Shown here in pieces: positions 18,701 through 27,939 of a stretch of 64,000 bases of DNA (positions are counted from its first letter, which is position 1; every line of letters starts with the position of its first letter). The position numbers were made by a program, and so were the translations under genes. The stretch comes from an uncultured Syntrophales bacterium (GTDB lineage Bacteria > Desulfobacterota > Desulfomonilia > Desulfomonilales > Desulfomonilaceae): contig CAYLRL010000001.1 of assembly GCA_964385875.1 (NCBI GenBank), forward strand, positions 112,131 to 176,130. Reading direction: 5' to 3'. The notes under the pieces were generated by a model. The model did not search any database. It had not been told where the DNA came from and saw only the letters and a program-made list of their open reading frames with translations.

Positions 18701-19050
18701 ACCCCCATGATGATATATTGGGTTACGACGCTTTGACGCTCGGTCTTGAAGGGCACGGTGAACGCGGCGTGGACGTATCCTTCGCGTCCGCTGGGAAGTC
18801 GAATACGGACAAAGCCCGACTCGCGTCCAAGCGCCTCGAAGATGTCGTCTTGCAGCGCGATATCAATTATTTCGGCGCCGTGTCCGGGTTCTTTATATAT
18901 CTCCGTGTTCATTCCGTTGGGGGCTTGGATTTTGATGAGTTCCCCCACTTCTCCCGTCTGAGCCCAAACGGGAGCTCCGAGGATTCCCCCTACGGCCAAA
19001 CACGAAAGCGCGGTAATAATCAACAGTGTTCTCGGCAGAAACGTTTTCAC
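15733..19050 (-). CDS. Multidomain membrane protein: signal peptide, SH3b-like domain, TM helix, long TPR region, K/A/P/E-rich linker, C-terminal Ser/Thr-kinase-like (predicted catalytically dead) domain
   Basis: Signal peptide MKTFLPRTLLIITALSCLAVGG...AQT. The SH3b-like segment reads FVRIRLPSGREGYVHAAF. The TM segment is IIMGVIALFAAAAIAAFFFV, followed by many TPR-like helices. The last 277 aa align by eye to Hanks kinase subdomains. Confidence 0.8.
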   Translation of the reverse strand: MKTFLPRTLLIITALSCLAVGGILGAPVWAQTGEVGELIKIQAPNGMNTEIYKEPGHGAEIIDIALQDDIFEALGRESGFVRIRLPSGREGYVHAAFTVPFKTERQSVVTQYIIMGVIALFAAAAIAAFFFVRARKSAGLDRRAVEIQELIREAEDLFRAGDCEGAIREFQRYLALQGGEVRNPDVYRRLTVCYQRTNQFHEAAMAWEKMRDLGGLKSLEDYALGMELMSAMGKKAQAAEIYEDLLHVETDKDEVIEIRKKLYDMYHHLGNPAKVVEHLTALMEADAADPEMIRNSVTMLTRNHATDHALERNNKDLILRICAEFLDDKNLSDEAERIYKKCLEYDRTDMALHRMLAAKYEASGDFRNAVSHLSMLQNLDKNAEEDYMGRAARLYVEQGRVRDALSEGNPVIVKKIAQIYLANSEVHSDAVATYEKVLEFQPRAVGVNKMLSTVYLTQGDLEKYTEKLRLLHEIDGPGHDYLSDLAQCVIDNDMIEETIKEGNRELNGKILKQLVKRQASDDKAVRIFEALIRHEPNNAVIRRALLEAYNKRNEPGKALKHVLELCRQRPGDREAAKRAAKLAVAGGHFDLVTQTGTDDVIELCAQELIGKRSTDPLALRVIAEAAKRNPKQKAYKQYAEHAKSRAATQAAPSSESPKRTQAKAPKPVEGHEEAKPAPKQARKQAATAKTEAPADPKAEEKRARTSQRVGKPAAKKAAKEKTAPVKARPPAEEPRKAAPTEEAKPGALPEKNPQSRTEQNAEKPTKETAPAPKPGPVYEEPEQVVHAVDLEPQPLRDATTFVSSHEALSMRSEVDEMQLFRPTRGSMAYREVGVISADGWGVWHAASEVNTGRTALLRIFKFDLLEPNVFEQFVKDVAELSWNMEHENVLRLEEIVKSGQNRQGLVHPYLPRTLEQVLTSEESIDLDVRMELARAIIRGLAYAHNHKGRDGRIRRAFHLHLQPSQILVSGDLSECRIASLGYSQIYRNLTMAKQPRRQEPGMNPAYMPPEFFRTRSGVIKERAAEVYSLGVLLFFILTGELPFEGPSFDDFKFQHAKVFPAPPRLSNPTVPDWIDPLILECLDKNPDKRPHGVHDVLGVIEREMA

Positions 19051-19196
19051 GGATATTCCCTCGCGCCGAGGAAGTGCTTATATAAAGACCGGCAGTGTAT
19101 GTACGGCAGCTTACCACGAATAGGAAGTCCGGGCAAATCCGCAATTACCGGACATACCAAAGACAAACACCACCTTCATACGGAGTGATCGATCAG

Positions 19197-20348
19197 ATGG
19201 CGACCGAGAAAAGTTTCGAACAAGGCCCTATTCGTCCGCCAAGCGAGGCGGGCAGTCTCCTGATTCGCGCGACGAGGAACTGTCCATGGAATAAATGCGC
19301 TTTCTGCGGAACCTACACCGGTCGGAAGTTTTCGAGGAGAAGTGTGGATGAGGTCAAGGCCGACATCGACGCGGCTCGGGCCATCCTCGACGACATTAAG
19401 GGAATGTCGTGGAAATCCGGTCAAGGCGGCGGTCTCACCCGGCGAGTTTTGTCCGACGTCTTCCGGAACCCCGCCCTGAACGACTGCTATCGCTCGGTGG
19501 CGTTATGGCAGGCTTCGGGAGGAGACACCGTCTTCCTCCAGGACGCCAATTCGGTGATTCTCTCCACCGACAAGCTCGTCGAGATTCTCAATCATATCAA
19601 GGAAGTATTCCCCGGCGTCACCCGCATCACCTCGTACGCCCGGGCAAATACGCTCAACGCAAAGTCGGTCGACGATTTCAAGCGATTGAAGGCCGCAGGG
19701 CTGACGCGGCTGCACGTGGGTATGGAGTCGGGATCGGACCGGGTGCTCAAGCTGATCGACAAGGGCATGACCGCCCAACAGATCATCGAAGCGGGGCGAA
19801 AAGTTGTCGAATCCGGCATTTCGCTCTGTATGTATATTATCCCGGGCATCGGCGGCAAGGAACTCAGTATGGAAAACGCGCTCGAATCCGCGCGGGTGGT
19901 CAACGCGGTCAATCCGGACCACGTACGTTTCCGCTCGCTCCACGTCCGACGCGGGACCAAATTGAAAGAGATGGAAGAGCGAGGCGAATTCACCGCGCCG
20001 GACGAAGACGAAATCGTGCGGGAAATCAGAACCTTTGTCGAGAAACTCGACGGGGTCACGACCACCCTGGTCAGCGATCATATCCTCAATCTCCTGGAAG
20101 AGGTTGAAGGAACGCTCCCGGACGACAAGGAGAAGATACTCGGGGTGATCGACCGCTATTTGGGCATGTCCGATGAAGATCGCGCGCTCTTCCAACTGGG
20201 TCGGCGAGGCGGCGCGCTCCGCTCCCTCGACGAGTTCGACAACCCCGGCTTGCGAGCCCGGTTGGAGGCCGCCCGGACGGAGATCGAAACGGGAACCGGC
20301 GGCGGGCTCCGCGAGGCGATCCGTCAGATCAAGCATCGTTTTGTTTAG
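19197..20348 (+). CDS. Radical SAM domain protein (cluster motif CPWNKCAFC)
   Basis: Starts at ATG 19197 (MATEKSFEQGPIRPPSEAGSLLIRATRNCPWNKCAFCGTY). GLTRLHVGMESGSD is a SAM-binding-type motif. The first 34 codons of the track ORF are unlikely to be coding. Confidence 0.85.
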   Translation: MATEKSFEQGPIRPPSEAGSLLIRATRNCPWNKCAFCGTYTGRKFSRRSVDEVKADIDAARAILDDIKGMSWKSGQGGGLTRRVLSDVFRNPALNDCYRSVALWQASGGDTVFLQDANSVILSTDKLVEILNHIKEVFPGVTRITSYARANTLNAKSVDDFKRLKAAGLTRLHVGMESGSDRVLKLIDKGMTAQQIIEAGRKVVESGISLCMYIIPGIGGKELSMENALESARVVNAVNPDHVRFRSLHVRRGTKLKEMEERGEFTAPDEDEIVREIRTFVEKLDGVTTTLVSDHILNLLEEVEGTLPDDKEKILGVIDRYLGMSDEDRALFQLGRRGGALRSLDEFDNPGLRARLEAARTEIETGTGGGLREAIRQIKHRFV

Positions 20349-20403
20349 CGGGCTGAGCCCGGCAACAGTCGCCGTGATTTGACATCCCCCGCATTCGAAC
20401 AGC

Positions 20404-20438
20404 AAAAAGCCCCGGTGGTCGAGCCGAGGCTTTTTTTT
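20404..20438. terminator. Bidirectional rho-independent terminator between convergent genes
   Basis: AAAAA-GCCCCGG-TGGTCGA-CCGAGGC-TTTTTTTT: a 7-bp stem with one mismatch, an A-tract upstream and a T8 tract downstream. It lies between the radical SAM gene (+) and the S41 protease gene (-). Confidence 0.6.
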
Positions 20439-20504
20439 GTTCGACGGTCCGCTGCGGCTCCGACGGTCGGAGCGGGAGCGATCACGGACGCCGGCGATCG
20501 GCGC

Positions 20505-21812
20505 CTATTTCTTGTACCACGCGGTGTCGGGCAGCGGCGCTTGATGCTCGAGCTTGTACTTGCGGACCGATACGTCCGACTTGAGCCATTCGAGGGCCCG
20601 GCGCAGCACGATGTCCTTTTCCGGGTCGGCTTTACGTTTCCGGAATCGGCTCAGTCGTCGCTCCTTCTTGTCGAGCTTGGCTTCCTCTTCTTGGAGCTTT
20701 TCCTGTTCCTTTTCCATCTGCTTCTTCAGGTCGACGTCGGGAATGATGCCGGTCTTCTGGATGTGGCGGCCTTTCGGGGTGTAATAATACGCCGTGGTCA
20801 GCCTCAAACCGGAACCGTTCTCGAGCGGGATAATGGTCTGAACGGAGGCCTTGCCGAAGGATTTCGTCCCGAAGACGAGGGCCCTGTCATGGTCCTGGAC
20901 CGCGCCGGCGACGATTTCCGACGCGCTCGCGCTCCCTTCGTTGATCAGGACCGCCAGCTTGAAATCGTAATGGGTTCCGCCCTTCGTGGCGCGGAACTCC
21001 ATCCTTTGATCCTTGACGCGACCGTCCGTATAGACGATCAGTCCCGACTGGATGAAGAGGTTGGCGATCTTGACGGCTTGATCGAGCAGTCCGCCGGGAT
21101 TGTTGCGAAGGTCGAGCACGAGTCCCTTGACGCCCTTATCGCCGCCGTACTCCTTGATTGCCGCCATGAGGTCGTCGTCGGTGCTCTCCTGGAAACTGAC
21201 GACACGGATGTACGGATAGCCTTCCTCCAGCAGTTGGCTCTTCACTGAATGGACATGGATGATGTCGCGCGTGATGGTGAAGTCCTTGAACTTCCGGAAG
21301 CCCTCCCGCATGACCGTGAGCGTGACCTTGGTGCCCTGGGGCCCCCGCATCTGTTTGACGGCCTTGAGAAGCGTGATGTTCTTGGTGGACTTGCCGTCGA
21401 TCTTGATGATGCGATCTCCCGCCTTGAGCCCGGCTTTGTAGGCCGGCGTATCCTCGATGGGAGAAACGATGGTGAGTACGCCGTTGTCGAGCGTGATCTC
21501 TATGCCCAGACCGCCGAATTCACCTTTGGTCTCGACCTGCAATTCCTTGAAGAGGTCGGGGGTAAGGAACGAAGAGTGCGGATCAAGCGACTGAAGCATC
21601 CCGTTGATTGCGCCTTCGATTAGCTCCTTGTCGGAAACCTCCTTCACATAGGTCTTTTCGACGATCCGCATCACCTGGCGGAACAGCTGTAACTGCTTGT
21701 AATCAGGAGACTTGCCGATGGCAGGCCCCGGAAAGGTCGTCATACAGACCGTTCCGAAGCCGATGAGAATCGCGCCGAGTAGGGCGATCTTCCAAATACG
21801 AACGTTCCTCAT
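20505..21812 (-). CDS. ctpA: Carboxy-terminal processing protease (S41 family, PDZ domain)
   Basis: The PDZ segment reads SPIEDTPAYKAGLKAGDRIIKIDG. The S41 motifs are LVLDLRNNPGGLL and INEGSASASEIVAGA...FGKASVQ. Confidence 0.9.
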   Translation of the reverse strand: MRNVRIWKIALLGAILIGFGTVCMTTFPGPAIGKSPDYKQLQLFRQVMRIVEKTYVKEVSDKELIEGAINGMLQSLDPHSSFLTPDLFKELQVETKGEFGGLGIEITLDNGVLTIVSPIEDTPAYKAGLKAGDRIIKIDGKSTKNITLLKAVKQMRGPQGTKVTLTVMREGFRKFKDFTITRDIIHVHSVKSQLLEEGYPYIRVVSFQESTDDDLMAAIKEYGGDKGVKGLVLDLRNNPGGLLDQAVKIANLFIQSGLIVYTDGRVKDQRMEFRATKGGTHYDFKLAVLINEGSASASEIVAGAVQDHDRALVFGTKSFGKASVQTIIPLENGSGLRLTTAYYYTPKGRHIQKTGIIPDVDLKKQMEKEQEKLQEEEAKLDKKERRLSRFRKRKADPEKDIVLRRALEWLKSDVSVRKYKLEHQAPLPDTAWYKK

Positions 21813-21966
21813 GTGCGGTCCTCCACTCTCACGGCGTAAGCTCCAGAAAAAAGCCTACTTCCGAGAAGATCTCAATGGTATCATAGGCGCGGTTTCGTCA
21901 CAAGTGCAGACCTGCCGAGCCGGGGACAAAACTTTGGACACCGCAACCTACAAAGTTGATCCACGA

Positions 21967-22449
21967 ATGATTCCGCCCGTTATCGGCGCGATGATAGCAG
22001 GAGGCGCTCTGGTGACGGTCGAAATGGCGGCCGGTCGCGGCCTGCTTCTGACCTTGATTTTGACGCCGTTTCTCTATATGGGCCTCGAAATCCTCGCTCG
22101 CCGTGTTCGCGTAGACGACGCGGGGGTGACCGTATCGAAATTCCTCCGCACGGTCCGGCTGGATTGGTCGAATCTCCAATCGCTCGACGCGATGAAGGTC
22201 GGCGCCAAGGTGTACGTGATTCTTCTGTCTGAAAGTGGGCGACCCATATTCATCACCAACACGATTTGCCCGTTCAAGGCTTTGACGCAAGATCTGATCG
22301 AGCGAGCGCCGGCGGATACGGTGACGTCCAATGCCCGCGAGTTATTGGCGGACCCGCCGGCGAAGCAGACGCCGTTCATTCAGGCGTGCGTGGTCTGCGT
22401 CGCGATGATCGCCATGCTCGTCGGCAGGCTGCTGGGCTACGGCGGGTAA
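21967..22449 (+). CDS. Hypothetical membrane protein (two N-terminal TM segments, PH-like middle, C-terminal TM)
   Basis: ATG 21967 (MIPPVIGAMIAGGALVTVEMAAGRGLLLTLILTPFLYMGLEIL...). The upstream part of track ORF 21712..22449 overlaps the protease gene start and is unlikely to be real. Confidence 0.45.
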   Translation: MIPPVIGAMIAGGALVTVEMAAGRGLLLTLILTPFLYMGLEILARRVRVDDAGVTVSKFLRTVRLDWSNLQSLDAMKVGAKVYVILLSESGRPIFITNTICPFKALTQDLIERAPADTVTSNARELLADPPAKQTPFIQACVVCVAMIAMLVGRLLGYGG

Positions 22450-22546
22450 GCCCATCGGCCGCGCGGCCGCAAAACTCTTGACAGGCTTTCCGGCCGGCGA
22501 TAAGGTCCGCGGCCGACCGACCACCCCTTCCGAACCCAGGGAGCGC

Positions 22547-23323
22547 ATGATGAAGGTCATACCTTTGGCCAGCGGCAGTTCCGGAAACTCATACCTCATT
22601 CGCGGCAACGGTACCGCAATCCTGGCCGACGCCGGTCTATCCGGCAAGGAGATGACGAAACGACTCGATGAGGCGGGAACGGATCCCGGAAGCCTCACCG
22701 GCATCCTTGTCTCACACGCTCATTTGGATCACATCAAAGGTGTCGGGGTGCTCGCCCGAAAATTCAAGCTCCCGGTGTACATCAATAAAGCCACTTGGAA
22801 GGCGGCCCAGAGTAGGCTGGGCAAAATCGACACGCTTGAATTCTTCGAAACGGGCAGGATCTTCCGCATCGGCGAGTTCCGGATTCACCCCTTTTCGGTG
22901 CCCCACGATTGCGTGGATCCGGTCGGATTTCGGATCACCCGCGGGACCGAACGCCTCGCCGTCGCAACGGACCTCGGCGCGGCTACCGGCCTCGTCGCCG
23001 GCGTGCTGGCCGGCGCCCAGGTGTTGATCCTCGAGAGCAACCACGACCCGGACATGCTCAGAGACGGTCCCTATCCGTGGGACCTCAAGCAGCGTGTCCG
23101 CAGCCGTCTGGGACACCTATCCAACGGCGATTGCGCGAAACTCCTCCAAAGGGTCATCTCCGATGAACTGAAGGCCGTCGTGCTCGGCCATATCTCCGAA
23201 ACCAACAACCTCCCCGAAATCGCGCTCCACAGCGCCCGCTCCACCCTCGACCGAAGCCTGGGCGAAAAGGTCGCGCTCTCCTGCGCTCCTCAAGATCGTC
23301 CCGGTCCTTCCGTCGAATGGTGA
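22547..23323 (+). CDS. MBL-fold metallo-hydrolase (YycJ-like)
   Basis: Starts at ATG 22547 (MMKVIPLASGSSGNSYLIRGNGTAILADAG). It carries SHAHLDHIKG (the HxHxDH motif) and a C-terminal GHIS segment. Confidence 0.85.
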   Translation: MMKVIPLASGSSGNSYLIRGNGTAILADAGLSGKEMTKRLDEAGTDPGSLTGILVSHAHLDHIKGVGVLARKFKLPVYINKATWKAAQSRLGKIDTLEFFETGRIFRIGEFRIHPFSVPHDCVDPVGFRITRGTERLAVATDLGAATGLVAGVLAGAQVLILESNHDPDMLRDGPYPWDLKQRVRSRLGHLSNGDCAKLLQRVISDELKAVVLGHISETNNLPEIALHSARSTLDRSLGEKVALSCAPQDRPGPSVEW

Positions 23324-23471
23324 ACTCGGCGATCTCCGGGGCGCCGACCGGTATTGCAATGTGGCCGGAAGGAGAGTCACGCCGACAACCGTGCGGCGCG
23401 CCCGACGAGTGCGCGTACGCTCAAAGAACCGAAAAACGCCGTCCGCTCGGACGACGTATGCAGAAGCGCCT

Positions 23472-23546
23472 TGGAGGCGGCTGGCGGATTCGAACCGCCG
23501 TATAACGGTTTTGCAGACCGTCGCCTTACCACTTGGCTAAGCCGCC
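23472..23546 (-). tRNA. tRNA-Cys (anticodon GCA), CCA encoded
   Basis: The minus strand reads GGCGGCT-TA-GCCA-AGTGGTA-AGGC-G-ACGGT-CTGCAAA-ACCGT-TATAC-GGCGG-TTCGAAT-CCGCC-AGCCGCC-T-CCA. It forms a full cloverleaf with a TTCGAAT T-loop. Confidence 0.9.
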
Positions 23547-23644
23547 TATGACTGTTAGCATTGTAGTCTAGGACGCATTCGTGGTGATGTCAAGGCGGCT
23601 CGACGCACCGCGGCTCCCGAGCGGCCGACTGATCTCACGTTTTC

Positions 23645-24757
23645 ATGAGGGCTTCATCGATGATCCTCACGTTTTTGCGCATTCTTCCGTTGACGCTGAT
23701 CCTTATCGCCGGCGCCGGCCGCGCGGCCGAGCTCCTAACCGTGACCCTCGGCCACACCGCGGCGGACCGGTCGGCCGTCCGAGCGGGTTTGGACGAGTTC
23801 GCCGAGATGATCGGCGAACGCTCCCAAGGCCGGATCTCCGTGGTTGTGCCCGGCGCGGGCGCTCTGGGCGACGATCGCTTCCTTTTGGAACAGGTCCGGG
23901 CCGGCCGTCTGGAGATGGCGGCTGTCTCCGTGTTCACGCTTCAGAAGATGGTCCCGGAGACGGGTGCTCTTTTGGCGCCGTTTGTCTTTCCGGACCTCGG
24001 GACCGCTCGGGCGGTGTTGGATGATCCGGAGTTCAGAGAACGGCTGTTTTCTTTGTTCGCTCCTCACGGGCTCGTCGCGGTGGGCTGGACCGAGCGCGGA
24101 TTCCTCAATCTCTTCAATTCGCGTATCGACGTTCGCCGGCCAAAGCATTGCGCGGGCCTCCAGATTCGGATTGTGGAACGGCCCTTCATCAACGAAATGA
24201 TGGACCTCCTTCGGATGATCCCGCGGGACATTCACCTCCCGAAGCTCTACGACGCGGTGGCCGCAAGCGAATTGGACGGCATGGAAGAGACCTCGGTCGA
24301 AGCGGTTCGGCTGCGTCTTGCCGGACTGACGCCGCATCTCACGATGACGCGGCATTGTTTCGACGCGGGTATCATCCTCGCGAACGAGTCTTTCTGGAAC
24401 GGCCTCGCCCCTGCGGATCGGGATAGGATCGCGGGAGCGGCCCGGGAAGGACTGCGCGCAAATCGGAACCGCGCCGCGGAACTCGAAGAACGCTTGCCGG
24501 GGCTGGATATCTCGTTCAGGGAGTACTGCCGGCGCAACGGGATCACCGTCATCGAGCTCGACCCTCGGGCGCGGGCGCGCTTTCGAGCCGCGGTGGTAAG
24601 CATCCGCGATCGCTGGGCGAAACGTGTGGGCGAAGATTTTTTTCGCTTCTTTACCGAGAAGGTGGACCGCCTGAGCGGAGACGATGGGAAACCTTTGGCC
24701 GGTTCGGGAGTCGGAACGAAGGATGATCGTCGGAGTTTACCGATAATCGGCGATTAG
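23645..24757 (+). CDS. TRAP-type transporter solute-binding protein (DctP family), orphan
   Basis: The signal peptide reads MILTFLRILPLTLILIAGAGRAAE. The DctP-like body reads LGHTAA...GDDRFLLEQVRAGRLEMAAVS...LLAPFVFPD. The start may be ATG 23660. No DctQ/M gene is adjacent. Confidence 0.75.
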   Translation: MRASSMILTFLRILPLTLILIAGAGRAAELLTVTLGHTAADRSAVRAGLDEFAEMIGERSQGRISVVVPGAGALGDDRFLLEQVRAGRLEMAAVSVFTLQKMVPETGALLAPFVFPDLGTARAVLDDPEFRERLFSLFAPHGLVAVGWTERGFLNLFNSRIDVRRPKHCAGLQIRIVERPFINEMMDLLRMIPRDIHLPKLYDAVAASELDGMEETSVEAVRLRLAGLTPHLTMTRHCFDAGIILANESFWNGLAPADRDRIAGAAREGLRANRNRAAELEERLPGLDISFREYCRRNGITVIELDPRARARFRAAVVSIRDRWAKRVGEDFFRFFTEKVDRLSGDDGKPLAGSGVGTKDDRRSLPIIGD

Positions 24758-24887
24758 CGGCATACCACGATACAACGCTTTAGGTAGTCGCGAAATTGGT
24801 TTGAATTTTCGTGTGATTTAATCTATAGGCATGGACAGGGGTCGACCGCCGTGGTAGTGTCTCCTACGCCCGACCGTACACAGGAGG

Positions 24888-27551
24888 ATGGCTGTGAATC
24901 CGACCGCACGCAGAAGCCGGTCACGACGAAATCCCTTCCGAGACCTTGAGGCGCAGCGTTCCAAGCCCCGGAGGCGAGGATCGCTCTTCGGCGGGATCGT
25001 ACGGCTCGTATTGCTTGCGATGATCGGGTGCGCGGCGGGCGCGGCGGGTGTCGGCGTTCAGGGCTATCTTTATTTCACAAAGAATCTCCCCGGCGTGGAA
25101 AAACTCAAGAATTACAAGCCGCCGATCGTGACGCAGGTGTACGCGTCCAACGGCGATTTGATCGCGGAATTCGCGATGCAGAAGCGGTACGTGGTTCCCA
25201 TCGAGCAGATCCCGCAGCGGCTCCGGGACGCGTTCAAGGCCGCGGAAGACAAGAATTTCATGGATCACGGCGGCTTGGACTATGCGGCCATAGTGAGCGC
25301 GATTGTGGACAATCTGAGGCCGGGCGGGCCTCTACGCGGGGCAAGCACGATCACGCAGCAGGTGGCCAAAACCTTCTTCTTAACACCGGAAAAGACGATC
25401 GAACGAAAGATCAAAGAGGCGATTCTGTCGCGACGAATCGAGAAGGCGCGGACCAAAGACCAAATCCTCCATCTCTACCTCAATCAGATTTATTTGGGGA
25501 GTTCCGCATACGGCGTGGAAGCCGCGGCGCGGATCTATTTCGGAAAGCGCGTGCAAGATTTGACCATCGCCGAGTGCGCTATGATTGCGGGCTTGACCAA
25601 AGCTCCGTCAATGTATTCCCCCAAGCGCAATATGAAGAGGGCGCTCGAGCGCCGCGCCTACGTTCTGAAACGGATGCTCGAGGACGGGGCGATTACCCGA
25701 GAGGAGCATGACGCGGCCATGAGGGAGAAGCCGGTCCTCGTCGAGACGGTCGATCATTACAAGGAGATCGTTCCGCAGTTCTCGGAGCATGTTCGTCGGT
25801 ACCTGGTGAATAAATACGGTGTGGATGCGGTCACCAAGGACGGCCTCCAGGTGTACACCACCGTGGATATCGACATGACGCGGGCCGCGGAGAAGTCCGT
25901 GGAAAATGGACTGGAGGAGCTCGATCATCGACAGGGGTACCGCGGCCCCTTGAAGCGGTTGACCGTCCAGGGCGTGGTGGAGTTCTTGACCGAAAAGACG
26001 AAGGCGATGAACGAGCCTCTCCGCTTCGGCGACGTAACGGAAGGCGTCGTAACCGGCGTCGATAATCGATATGTCTATGTCCGGATGGGCAGCTATATAA
26101 CCGACGAGACGAAGAAGGAATATGTGGGTCGGATTCCGATCGATCCCGAGACCGACTGGTGGGTCCGCAGACCGTATGTCCGAGCGGACGTACGAACCGT
26201 GAACTTCGCCGAGGGCGATCTGCCGTTCAAGGTGGGCGACCTGATTCTCGTGCGGCTGATCGACCCGAATGTGCGGCGCAGGGAACTCTATCTCAAGAAG
26301 CACGGGCGCAAAGACCCGGAGATGAAGAATTACAACCATCTCTCCGAAGAAGATCTCGAGTGGTTTCCCCTGTCCGTCCACCAAGAGCCGATCGCTGAAG
26401 CTGCGATCATGCTGAGGGAAAATCGAACGGGCTACGTTCGGGTGCTCCTGGGCGGTCGAAACTTCGACGAAGCAAAATACAATCGCGCGGTCCAGGCTCG
26501 GCGGCAGCCGGGGTCATCCTTCAAGCCCGTCATATATGCGGCGGCCCTGAACAAGGGCTTCACCTGCGCGGATATGATCCTCGACTCGCCGTTGGCCCTC
26601 TCGATTGCGGGCACGGGCGAAGTGTGGCGACCGAAGAACTATCGCGGCGGCTATCAGGGCCCGGTTTCGTTCCGGGAGGCCATCGTGAAATCCCGGAATA
26701 TTCCGACGATCAAGATTCTCCAGCAGATCGGGATCGATCACGCGAAGGCCTATGCGCGGAAGATGGGCTATACGTCCCGTTTAGCGAACAACTTGACGAT
26801 GGCGCTGGGCTCGACGGGAGTCTCGCTCGAGGAACAGATCAACGCGTATTCGGTCTTTCCCAACCGCGGCTATCTGATACCGTCGGTCTACGTGACCAAG
26901 GTCGTCGACAGGAACGGTAAGGTCCTTGAAGAGCATCTGCCGCCGGTGCTCCTCGACGATCCCGCGCAGATGGACCGGCCGAGCTTCCAACGGGTCTCCC
27001 ATGCGCCGGAAAGATCCCCGGGCGCGTCGGAAACGCACGGGAAGGGCGCGTCCTTTCTCCGCAGAAGAATCGACGATGCGACAGCCTACATCATGACCGA
27101 CCTCCTCCGGGACGTGGTCCAAAACGGGACCGCGACCATCCTCAAAAAGATCCTGGGCAGAAGCGATCTGGCCGGCAAGACCGGGACCACCAACGAGAAT
27201 GTGGACGCCTGGTTCATGGGTTTCACTCCGGACTTCACCTGCGGCGTCTGGGTGGGATTCGACGACGAGCATACCTTGGGCGAGGGAGAAACCGGCGGCA
27301 AAGCGGCCGCGCCCATCTGGGGTTACTTTATGAGACAAGTCCTGGCGAATATGCCGGAAAAGGAGTTCCCCGAGTCCAAGGCGGTCGAATACCGCCGCAT
27401 CGACCCGCGCACGGGCCTGGTCGCGGCCACCGCGGGAGGCGGGTACGAAGAGGTGTTCAAGATGGGGAGCGGTCCCGCGGAATTGCTCGAACCGCGTCTC
27501 ATCAAGGGCGCCCGATTCGGATACTCCGGCGCCGAACTCGACCAGTTCTGA
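24888..27551 (+). CDS. mrcA: Penicillin-binding protein 1A (GT51 glycosyltransferase + transpeptidase)
   Basis: The GT51 motifs are EDKNFMDHGGLD, RGASTITQQVAK and RKIKEA. The transpeptidase motifs are SSFKP (SxxK), SRN and KTGTT. AGGAGG abuts ATG 24888, so GTG 24894 may be the true start. Confidence 0.9.
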   Translation: MAVNPTARRSRSRRNPFRDLEAQRSKPRRRGSLFGGIVRLVLLAMIGCAAGAAGVGVQGYLYFTKNLPGVEKLKNYKPPIVTQVYASNGDLIAEFAMQKRYVVPIEQIPQRLRDAFKAAEDKNFMDHGGLDYAAIVSAIVDNLRPGGPLRGASTITQQVAKTFFLTPEKTIERKIKEAILSRRIEKARTKDQILHLYLNQIYLGSSAYGVEAAARIYFGKRVQDLTIAECAMIAGLTKAPSMYSPKRNMKRALERRAYVLKRMLEDGAITREEHDAAMREKPVLVETVDHYKEIVPQFSEHVRRYLVNKYGVDAVTKDGLQVYTTVDIDMTRAAEKSVENGLEELDHRQGYRGPLKRLTVQGVVEFLTEKTKAMNEPLRFGDVTEGVVTGVDNRYVYVRMGSYITDETKKEYVGRIPIDPETDWWVRRPYVRADVRTVNFAEGDLPFKVGDLILVRLIDPNVRRRELYLKKHGRKDPEMKNYNHLSEEDLEWFPLSVHQEPIAEAAIMLRENRTGYVRVLLGGRNFDEAKYNRAVQARRQPGSSFKPVIYAAALNKGFTCADMILDSPLALSIAGTGEVWRPKNYRGGYQGPVSFREAIVKSRNIPTIKILQQIGIDHAKAYARKMGYTSRLANNLTMALGSTGVSLEEQINAYSVFPNRGYLIPSVYVTKVVDRNGKVLEEHLPPVLLDDPAQMDRPSFQRVSHAPERSPGASETHGKGASFLRRRIDDATAYIMTDLLRDVVQNGTATILKKILGRSDLAGKTGTTNENVDAWFMGFTPDFTCGVWVGFDDEHTLGEGETGGKAAAPIWGYFMRQVLANMPEKEFPESKAVEYRRIDPRTGLVAATAGGGYEEVFKMGSGPAELLEPRLIKGARFGYSGAELDQF

Positions 27552-27791
27552 TCCGTTCATCCGACACGAGAAGGGGCCCGCTGAGGTGAGTCGCGGTCCG
27601 AAAAGGGGGAGCGGACGCGCTCGGCCTCCGCGCGCAGGGGGAGGAGTTCGGCCGTTCTGCGATCCCTAAGAGCGCGAAAAGCGGTGAAGGCGCGTCCAGG
27701 AAGCGGTATTGGAGGCGAATTGTCCGAGTTCCCCCGGGAAAAACGGTGGCTTTCGCGGTTTTAGGCGGCCATTTTGGGGATAAGACGGAGC

Positions 27792-27819
27792 TTGACACCG
27801 GTTCGATGTCGGTTATATT
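27792..27819 (+). promoter_or_regulatory. Sigma70-type promoter candidate upstream of lon (TTGACA-16 nt-TATATT)
   Basis: TTGACA at 27792-27797 and TATATT at 27814-27819, about 120 nt upstream of the lon ATG. A second GAGCTTGAC box occurs about 60 nt downstream. Confidence 0.45.
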
Positions 27820-27939
27820 TGTATGGTAGCGCATTTTTCCCGGGGATAGAGCGAGCTTGACGCGTCCCCGGACATCTTCGATCATTTCGATCCGTTGTGC
27901 GTTTGCGCTCGGGACGCGCGACTCTATAAGGAATAGTGA

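Noticed and set aside
17128-19188. 686-aa plus-strand ORF antisense to the TPR region
   Set aside because: It has no motifs. The minus-strand frame has a signal peptide, SH3b, TM, TPR and kinase-like domains in one continuous ORF.
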